From: Octopus sinensis
Lineage: Eukaryota
Direction: 5' to 3'
Assembly: GCF_006345805.1 (NCBI RefSeq)
Contig: NC_042997.1
Coordinates: 139,438,001 to 139,502,000 of the forward strand
DNA length: 64,000 nucleotides
The notes under the pieces: model-generated
Database searches by the model: none
The model's input: the letters and a program-made list of their open reading frames with translations, nothing else
What the model was told of the DNA's origin: nothing
Position numbers and translations under genes: made by a program
In this document: positions 55,221 to 64,000 of the stretch, piece after piece
How positions within the stretch are numbered: position 1 is the first letter of the stretch
How the letters are laid out: every line of letters begins with the position of its first letter

Positions 55221-55819
55221 CGAAGGGCGGCGAGCTGGCAGAAACGTTAGCACGCTGGGCGAAAAGCGTAGCCGTATTTCGTCTGCCGTTACGTTCTGAG
55301 TTCAAATTCCCCCGAGGTTGACTTTGCCTTTCATCCTTTCGGGGTCGATTAAATAAGTACCAGTTACGCACTGGGGGTCGATGTAATCGACTTAATCCGT
55401 TTGTCTGTCTTTGTTTGTCTTCTCTGTGTTTGGCCCCTTGTGGGTAGTAAAGAAAAAGGTATTTCGTCTGCCGTTACGTTCTGAGTTCAAATTCCGCCGA
55501 GGTCGACTTTGCTTTTCATCCTTTCGGGGTCGATAAATTAAGTACCAGTTACGCACTGGGGTCGATGTAATCGACTTAATCCGTTTGTCTGTCCTTGTTT
55601 GTCCTCTCTGTGTTTAGCCCCTTGTGGGTAGTAAAGAAATAGGTATTTCGTCAGTTTCTACGTTCGTTCTGAGTTCAAATGCCGTCGGAGTCGACTTTTC
55701 CTTTCGTCCTTTTGGAGTCGATAAAATGAGTACTAGTTGAACACTAGTACTAGTTGATATAATCGATTTACCCACTTCCTCGTAATTACTGGCCTTGTGC
55801 CAAAATTTGAAACCAATAT
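55221..55819 (+). mobile_element. SINE family B trimer with an 11-bp TSD
   Basis: One head plus three bodies; ATAAATGCGTA at 55210-55220 and 55820-55830. Confidence 0.85.
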
Positions 55820-56606
55820 ATAAATGCGTATCGACAAACACCAAACGGCCGGAGCCAGAGAGTCGGACTGTCTTAGAGTGAACACTGAAGGAAGTAATTC
55901 CCGACATACAGCACATCGCGAGGGCCAATCATCTTACGGGCATTTCAGTGATCTTTAAGAGTGAAACCCTGATCATCAAGCACTCCATGGTATCCTGTCG
56001 AAGCTATATGTATGTTCCCCATCCATCATATTTAGGAAGAAGGGCGGGAAGGGTTAAGATCTAAGGCACCTCACAAGAGGTGAATATGCAGTGGATATTA
56101 ACCAGTACCTTCCTTGAAGGAAGTAACAGCCTTCTGGTGGTGAATTGAATCCGTCGTGAAAACTAGTCTGGGATCAGTGAGAGGGTACTACTCCACATAA
56201 AACCAGATAATATCCAAAAGATTCCAGAGCTCATTCGCCTTCCGGGATAGGTGGAGTTGTATGTTATGGTTGAGGGTTGAAAGCCTCGTTGCCATCTGCG
56301 TGGGGAAGTTGGTCACTTGAAAGCTTTCTGTCCTCAACAGACGACAGGGAACCACAGGGCCGCCTTACTTCTGGTACCAGGTTCCTAAAATCACAACAAA
56401 ACAAACAGCGAACAACAACATCAACAACAACAATAATAACAACAACAACAACAGTAAAACCAGCAACTGCTGGAGAAATACCAACAACAGCAACACTAAA
56501 AGCACTAACAACACCACCAACACCAGAAGCAGAAGCACCACCACCATTTTCAACAGCAGAAAACATAACGGAACCAAAAACACCCAGGGACTCTCCCAAC
56601 ATATCT

Positions 56607-56673
<67 letters not shown>

Positions 56674-57766
56674 TCACTCCGTCTCCTCTAAACACCAAGC
56701 ACACATAGAAATACCTTTCCACTCATATCCGAGACAGATTCCACAGACACGGATACCTCTGCATTAAGAAGGGAAAATGAAGGAGGACCCCAAAAACAAA
56801 AGAAAAAAGAAAACACAAAAACAGCATTCTCACATCAACAGACACATACCAAAATAAAACGAAAACGCACCCACATGTATGTATGTATGGATGGATGAAT
56901 GGATGTATGTATGTATGTATGTATGTATGTATCTATGTATGTATGTATGTATGTATGTATGTATAAATCCTCAAAATGGAATAAGAACGCAACAGACGAC
57001 ACTAAAACATCCTGGCATATAGACGATAAAGCATCCGGACAGATTGATAATAAAAAGACGGACAGGAAAAACAATAAAAAATATAAAGACTGACAGGAAA
57101 AACAAGGACGGGTCATTTGCAGAAATCTCTCATCAGTCAAGTATCCAGATAATCATAACAGTTTCGGCCAGTTACACTTGAGATTGTTCAAATCTGGCTG
57201 GCCCCAAAAATCTGAGCTAAGAGCATTAAATTTGGTGGGGGAGAAAGCTAGTAAATGTGCGTGACAACAAAGACAACAAACGGAGAAAGTGTTACACAAT
57301 TATAAATATAAATAACAAGAAAATAGCAACATATGTGTGTACGCGCGCGCGTGTGTCTGTGCGTGTTTGTGCGTGCATACACACACACACGCACGCACAC
57401 ACACGCACGCACACACACGTACGCACGCACACACACACGCGCGCGCACACGCACACACACACACATAGGATATTTTCTGTTTGGCTGCAGCTATGGAAAT
57501 TTCAGTTTATTGAAAATTTTAAAATTTGGTGTATTAATGTAGCTTTCCAAGCTGAATCTCAGAAGATATTTCGCTTTTTCCAGGTTAAAAATTTGTAGTG
57601 GAGGACAGGTGAGGAGTAATTATTAAGAAATTATAAATTATATCACACACATGTGAATATATCCGAAAAACACACACTTCTGCATACACACACGCAACTC
57701 TGTGTGTGTGTGCATGTGTGTGTGTGTGTGTATGTGTGTGTATGTATATATATATATATATTATAT

Positions 57767-57817
<51 letters not shown>

Positions 57818-58247
57818 AGAGAGAGAGAGAGAGAGAGATGAGAGAGAGAGATCGTCGAATATATATTACAAGTTACGACATATAACTGGTCAGAATATTA
57901 CCGTCGAGGTCACGTCGAATATTGCCACTGGTCAAAATTAACATCTTTTCAGATATGTCTGAAGAGACATCATTGTGGATAGTTAAATGCTATAAGCAGT
58001 AATATATTATTTGACAATATAAAAATATACCCGCTCTTTTATATTGAGTGTGCTTTTGTTTCTGACTTACGAACAACTGACATTACGACTGTGAGCTTGT
58101 GAGTGTATGCATGTATGTATGTATGTATGTATGTATGTATGTATGTATGTATGTATGTATGTATGCGTGCATGTATGTATGTAGGTAGGTAGGTAGGTAG
58201 GTAGGTACGTAGGTAGGTACGTACGTACATATATGTATATATTGTCA

Positions 58248-58420
58248 GGTTACTCTTTGTATTGTCCGTAACATGTAACCCAGTACAACCTGTCACATGC
58301 TCAGGTTGTCAGCGACTAAACTGGTAACCTTACCAAGCCTGCTTGAATAAAGAGGTTGGTTTTCATTTGACACCTTGCAGGACAAAAAGCAAAACTTGTC
58401 ATGGCCATCCAACAGTTGAA
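58248..58420 (+). mobile_element. RTE-type 5'UTR fragment with HDV-like head
   Basis: taacatgtaacccagtacaacctgtcacatgctcaggttgtcagcgactaaactgg, following (TATG)n. Confidence 0.6.
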
Positions 58421-59169
58421 AGTGAGAGACCTTTAGTCTTTGTTTAGACATGTCTTCATGCAGGGCTGGCACTAGGTAGTGCGGGGCCCAATTAGAGAAT
58501 TGTCAATGAGGCCTTCTACTGTACAAAGGCTGAAGACTAATGTTTGATTCCTCATGTAGTACGCCAATCCCAGCCAAAAAGCGTTGAGGGCTTAAGGCTC
58601 CGCCATTAGTCACAATAGTGTGCGAAATACTATAAAAGCAGATAATAGCAGCTGAGTTATGATTGGCAATGAACGCTTGAGCGAGGATCAATTCACCTGA
58701 TTTATATGGCTTTTAAGCACTTTGTATGCGACGCCTTTCCTAATAGCCTCTTCGAGTTTCCTACCACCTTCTCCAATATACTGTTCTCTAGTATCAGTTC
58801 TTTATTATGATTAATTAATTCTGTTAACCTTTAATGAGATCTTCCACCTCTTGTTGATTCTCACGTAACTAGCTTATCAATCCATTCTCTGTAGTCTTTC
58901 AGTACTGGGAACAGCGTTTTCAGTTTCCAGTAACCGGATTCTTGTCTATTTAATCTAAGTTTACTGTGTTGATCATAGATTTGCTATATGTGCAACTAAG
59001 GACCTCGAATTGTGGACACCTTACGCTATCCATGCCTGTTGATTTAGTGAAAACTTTTTTAAAAAATACGACGTAGGAGGCTTGCTACGGTTTATCCAAA
59101 TCTACGTTTGCGCATGCGTCTCCCTGTCTCAACGTGCATTTAAGATACTATTCTAACTCTCACTAATAT

Positions 59170-59370
59170 AGGCTTCAAATTTTTGGCAAGGTACTAGTAA
59201 TTTCGGGGCGGGGTAGTAAATCGATTACAAATAGTACTTATTTTATCGATCCCCAAGAGGATGCAAGGCAAGGTCGACCTCGGTGGAATTTGAAGTCAGA
59301 ACATACAGACCGACGAAATGCTACTAAGCATTTTGCACGGCGTGCTAACGATTCTGCCAGCTTGCTGCCT
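59170..59370 (-). mobile_element. SINE family B with a 16-bp TSD
   Basis: taactctcactaatat at 59154-59169 and 59371-59386. Confidence 0.85.
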
Positions 59371-59399
59371 TAACTCTCACTAATATTGAACGATGAGAT

Positions 59400-59620
59400 A
59401 AGGCGGCAAGCTAGCAGAATCGTTAGCACTCTGGGAAAACTGCTTAGCGACATTTCGTCCACCTTTAAGTTCTGAGTTCAAATTCCGCTGATATCGACTT
59501 AGCCTTGCATCCTTACAGAGTCGATAAAATAAGTACCAGTTGAGTACTGAGTACTGAAGTCGATGTAATTGACTAATCCATCCCCCGAAATTACTAGTCT
59601 TGTGCTAAAATTTGAATCCA
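59400..59620 (+). mobile_element. SINE family B
   Basis: Full copy; degenerate TSD aatattgaacgatgagata / aatattaaaagatgacata. Confidence 0.85.
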
Positions 59621-59799
59621 ATATTAAAAGATGACATATTTCTCCGTAAGATTACGGGTGCCTAAAAACGAATACTCACCTAACCCATATTGGGGCACAA
59701 ATAGTCACCAATTGCAAGACGTTGTATTTACCATTATACATGTCTAGAACCAACTATTAGCAAACATAAAATTGAAACATACAGCAGCACGCACACATA

Positions 59800-60200
59800 T
59801 GTCTTATTTCTTTATTGCCCGCAAGGGGCTAAACATAGAGGGGACAAACAAGGACAGACAAAGGGATTAAGTCGATTATATCGACCCCAGTGCGTAAATG
59901 GTACTTAATTCATCGACCCGGAAGGATGAAAGGCAAGGTCAACCTTGGCGGAATTTGAACTCAGAACGTAACGGCAGACGAAATACCTATTTCTTTACTA
60001 CCCACAAGGGGCTAAACACAGAGAGGACAAACAAGGACGGACAAACGGATTAAGTCGACTACATCGATCCCAGTGTGTAACTGGTACCTAATTTATCAAC
60101 CCTGAAAGGATGAAAGGCGAAGTCGACCTCGGCGGAATTTGAACTCAGAACGTAACGGCAGACGAAATACCGCTAACGTTTCTGCCAGCTTACCGCCGTC
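59800..60200 (-). mobile_element. SINE family B dimer
   Basis: One head, two bodies, junction aaagaaataggtatttcgtctgcc. Confidence 0.85.
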
Positions 60201-60487
60201 TGTGTGCGTATGTGTGTTTGTCCGTTGCCACCGCCTGACAACCGGTGTTGTTGTGGTAACATCCCCGTAACTTAACCATTCGGCAAAAAGAAACCGATAT
60301 AATACGTACCAATGCTTTAAAATATATATATTAAGTACTGAGGTCGGTTCATTCGAGTAAAATATCTGAAGGTAGAGCTCCAGCATGACCGCAGTCTAAT
60401 GACTGAAAAAAATAAAAAAAATAAAATAAAATATAAAAGATACGAAAACACCTCCCTCTTCCCTTTCTCCTTCTCCTCCCTCCTTTA

Positions 60488-61200
60488 GTGTATGTGTGCA
60501 TGTGTGTATGTGTCTGCATTTGTGTGTGTATGTGTATGTGTATGTGCCTATGTATATGTGTGTATGTGTATGTGTATGCGTGTGTATGCGTGTCTGTCTG
60601 TATGTGTGTATGTTTGTGTGTGTCTGTATGAGTCTGTGTGTATGAGTGTATGTATGTCTGTGTCTATATGTGTGTCTTTGCGTGTAGGTGCGTATGTGTG
60701 TATGTGTGCATGTGTGCATGTGTGCATGTGCATGTGTATGTGTGTATGGGTATATGTGTATGCGTGTCCGTGTATCTGTGTGTGTGTCTGTGTATGTGTA
60801 TTGTGCGTTTGTGTGTGTTTGTGTGTGTCTATGCGTATGTGTCTGTATGCATGTGTATGAATATGTGTCTGTGCGTTATTGTGTGCATGTGTGTATGTGT
60901 ATGTGTGTGTATATGTGTATGTATGTATATATACATGAGTGTGTCGGTGTATGTGTGTGTGTGTGTTTGTGTGTCTGTGTATGTGCGTATGTATGTCTGT
61001 GCGTGTATGTGTATGCGTGTCTGTGTGTATGTTTATGTGTGTCTGTGCGTATATGTCTGTATGTAAGTATGTGTATGTGTGTATATATACGTGTGTGTAT
61101 GTGTGTATACACGTGTGTGTGTATGTGTGTCTATGTACCTGTGTGTATGTGTGTGTGTGTATATATATATATATACGTGTGTGTATGTGTTTGTGTTTCA
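60488..61200. repeat. Degenerate (TG/TA)n low-complexity tract
   Basis: About 700 bp of alternating purine-pyrimidine sequence. Confidence 0.9.
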
Positions 61201-61575
61201 TGCGTGTCATGTCAACGTGAATTCTTCTCTTTTCCGGAAGGTAAACTGACGAAATACTCCCAAACGTCTGTGAATCGAGTAATATAATAATTCTAGACGT
61301 ATTATTCGAGTCTTACATTAAACCTGAATACAAAATGACACTTTCTTGTGAATTTCTTGAAAGACTGACAATTTGCTTAGTAACTGTGTTGACTCCAATT
61401 TCGTGTGTGTATGTATTTATTAATGTTTATGTGTGTGTACATACAAACACACACACACACACACACACATACATATTCATACATATGTGTGTCTATGCGT
61501 GTGTATCTGTGTATATGTGTGTGCGTGTGCGTGCATATCTATACACATGCACATATACTTATATATATATAAAGT

Positions 61576-61639
<64 letters not shown>

Positions 61640-61820
61640 AGTAGTTGAATGAATTATCTTAATATGGATAATTCGGTTAACCGATACCTGGGTAGCAAAT
61701 TCGCGTCAGAAAAACACGGTTGAAGCTACATGCCAAGGGCAGAGATCACGTGCTTTCGTGTGGAAATTTGTGTGTTTTTTTAAATACAAATAAATGTAAG
61801 AATATATATATATATATATA

Positions 61821-62276
61821 TAAATGAAAGAATGGAGTTGAACGACGATTTAACAAAATTCCTTTATTCTCGACATATGTTTCGAAGGCTGCATATTCCT
61901 AATTTCGAAGGAATAATGGGTGCATTATGCCGCCTTCTCATCAGGAAAAACAAGGAACTTATGTCAGCATCAAGATGAACAAAAACTTTTAGATGACTGC
62001 CCACACGGAGCCCATAGCGATAATCATTATCGCTATGGGCTCCGTGTGGGCAGTCATCTAAAAGCGATAATCATTATCGCTATGGGCTCCGTGTGGGCAG
62101 TCATCTAAAAGTTTTTGTTCATCTTGATGCTGACATAAGTTCCTTGTTTTTCCTGATGAGAAGGCGGCATAATGCACCCATTATTCCTTCGAAATTAGGA
62201 ATATGCAGCCTTCGAAACATATGTCGAGAATAAAGGAATTTTGTTAAATCGTCGTTCAACTCCATTCTTTCATTTA
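61821..62276. mobile_element. Perfect fold-back Penelope-like mini-element with two outward-facing hammerhead motifs
   Basis: Arms 61821-62024 and 62073-62276 are exact reverse complements; a 47-bp direct duplication lies at the centre; (TA)n on both sides. Confidence 0.9.
62148..62234 (+). ncRNA. Type I minimal hammerhead ribozyme plus AATAAA (mirror copy at about 61863-61949 on -)
   Basis: ttttc-CTGATGA-GAAGGC-g-GCATA...TATGC-a-GCCTTC-GAAA-CATATG-TC-gagaa; canonical core, GUC triplet, predicted cut after C62225. Confidence 0.85.
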
Positions 62277-62283
62277 TATATAT

Positions 62284-62665
62284 ACTAGCAGTATCGCCCG
62301 GCGTTGCTCGGGTTTGTAAGGGAAATAACTATACAGCATTTTTAGAGAGTTATAGCCAAAAAATAGCAAAAAAATGCATTAAAAATGGTAATTTTTTTTT
62401 AAATCGTTGACTCATCGTAGACATTTTTAGAGAGTTACTTCCCTTAAAAAAAATATGCATGAAAATGGAAAAAAATGATGGTAAATTATTTTTTAACATC
62501 GTAGACTCATCGTAGACGCGCGCTAATACCCAGAAGGGCTCGATATGAATCACGACTATAAGATACCCGGTTTTGGTTAAACTGCACCGCAAAATGTGGG
62601 AGTAGTTAGGAATCTAAATCGAAGGGGACAGACACTCACACAACTACAGTTTTATATATAAAGAT
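62284..62665 (+). mobile_element. Non-autonomous Helentron/Lep1-like rolling-circle element
   Basis: 5' actagc followed by hairpin cccggcgttgctcggg; internal short repeats; 3' acagac...ttttatatataaagat. Confidence 0.6.
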
Positions 62666-62751
62666 ATATATATATATATGAGTGTGTTTATACTGACATA
62701 TATGTGTGTGTGTGCATGTGCATGTGTGTATGTTTATATATATATATATAA

Positions 62752-62784
<33 letters not shown>

Positions 62785-62928
62785 TACACACACACATACA
62801 TTTTTCGCATTTCATTTGTTTCAGTTATTTAACTGCAACTATGTTGGAGGACTGCCTTTGCGAGAGGAAGGCATGTGAGGTAATTGTGCGCGCACACATG
62901 TATGTATGTATTATGTATGTGGAGTGGA

Positions 62929-63308
62929 AGCACTCCGTCGGTTACGACGATGAGGGTTCCGGTTGATCCGAATCAACGGAACAGCCTGCTCGTGAAATTA
63001 ACGTGTAAGTGGCTGAGCACTCCACAGACACGTGCACCCTTAACGTAGTTCTCGGGGATATTCAGCGTGACACAGAGAGTGACAAGGCCGGCCCCTTGAA
63101 ATACAGGTACAACAAAAACAGGAAGTAAGAGTGAGAGAACGTTGTGGTGAAAGAGTACAGCAGGGATCACCACCAACCCCTGCCGGAGCCTCGTGGAGCT
63201 TTTAGGTGTTTTCGCTCAATAAACACTCACAACGCCCGGTCTGGGAATCGAAACCGCGATCCTATGACCGCGAGTCCGCTGCCCTAACCACTGGGCCATT
63301 GCGCCTCC
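62929..63308 (-). mobile_element. tRNA-derived SINE family C, full length
   Basis: ggaggcgcaaTGGCCCAGTGGttagggcagcggactcgcggtcataggatcgcGGTTTCGATTCCcagacc. Confidence 0.9.
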
Positions 63309-63404
63309 ACATTATGTATGTATTATGTACGTGCGTACGTACGTATGTATGTATGTATGTATGTATGTATGTATGTATGTATGTATGTATGTATGTATGT
63401 ATGT

Positions 63405-64000
63405 GTTTCTTTAAGATAGATTCTTTTTCACCTTTGCAGATTTCAAGGCTCATTAGACTTTCCGGGCGGATTCCCAAGCGTGACCAACTAAGACTGTGGA
63501 TATTATCCAACCATCCAGTTCTTGTTTTACCCTTAGATCTCCTGTCAGTTAGCTTTGCTAGAAGTATCTGTTAGCGAATCTTTCCTACAACATTCAGATC
63601 ACATGTCTGCAGTACCAGAGCTGTGATCTCTCAATGAGGTGAAGTAACGGCTCTACCTGGAGAGACTTCCTTATCTCCGAACTACACGTCCTGTTGAGTA
63701 AAGTTACACCAGAGCTCTTTTGAGGAACCCCATTTCGGTAGCTTGTATTTGCGATTGTAGTTTTTCCGCCATTTCCCAACATTCATGAGTATAGATATTT
63801 ATGAGGATAGGCTTGGAAACTGAATTGAAGATAACGCGTTAGGCTTTTTTTTTTTTCGCCTGCCTCTTCTTTCCTGGGGATCGAATGCTATCAATTGCGC
63901 GTTATTGTGCCACAATCTGCAACTCTAGCATCCAATTCCACCATATGTTCCCCCACTCACTCGTGAATACGGCTCGTTGCACTTAAACTTCTCCACTTGC
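63405..64000 (-). pseudogene. RTE-clade LINE 3' end
   Basis: GVTLLNRTCSSEIRKSLQVEPLLHLIERSQLWYCRHVI..WLDNIHSLSWSRLGI; the 3' end abuts (CATA)n. Confidence 0.8.

Larger units (their letters stand above)
54585..56600 (+). pseudogene. Decayed LINE ORF1 (gag-like, CCHC zinc knuckle), interrupted by a minisatellite and a SINE trimer
   Basis: PSYLGRRAGRVKI...IPELIRLP..LYVMVEG..CHLRGEVGHLKAFC (CX2CX4HX4C with one C>R) at about 56290-56335; Thr/Pro-rich tails. Confidence 0.55.

Noticed and set aside
58560-58680. CCAAT, GC-box and TATAAAAG cluster as a promoter
   Set aside because: No downstream gene is evident, and such motifs arise by chance in AT-rich DNA.
63235-63308. tRNA gene (also the heads at 5160-5233 and 22380-22436)
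   Set aside because: A and B boxes are present, but each head runs into a multi-copy SINE body and lacks a clean acceptor stem.

Overview
Eukaryotic, AT-rich, microsatellite-saturated DNA with no recognisable host-gene exon; it reads as intergenic or deep intronic. The SINE families and the (TA)n/(CATA)n/(ATT)n load resemble an octopod cephalopod genome (inference, no search run). Most ORFs in the track are microsatellite artefacts. The real content is a transposon graveyard: at least four tRNA-derived SINE families, mariner/Tc1/maT DNA transposons, CR1-, RTE- and Tx1-like LINE fragments, about ten R4/Dong-type restriction-like-endonuclease LINE pieces, three Penelope-like (PLE) RT/GIY-YIG fragments and a Helentron-like element. 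The main signal is a ribozyme-centred retroelement system. (i) Non-coding fold-back Penelope mini-elements carry outward-facing minimal hammerhead motifs plus AATAAA; the best is a perfect 204-bp-arm palindrome at 61821-62276, with the same tails-out layout at 7278-7740, 9870-12015 and 35205-35395. (ii) Four RTE-type 5' ends carry an HDV-like fold. (iii) Two R4/Dong families appear to partition (CATA)n versus (TAA)n targets. (iv) One SINE family inserts as concatemers with a fixed tail-to-body junction. Coordinates were read by eye and may be off by a few bases; all ribozyme activity is predicted, not shown.
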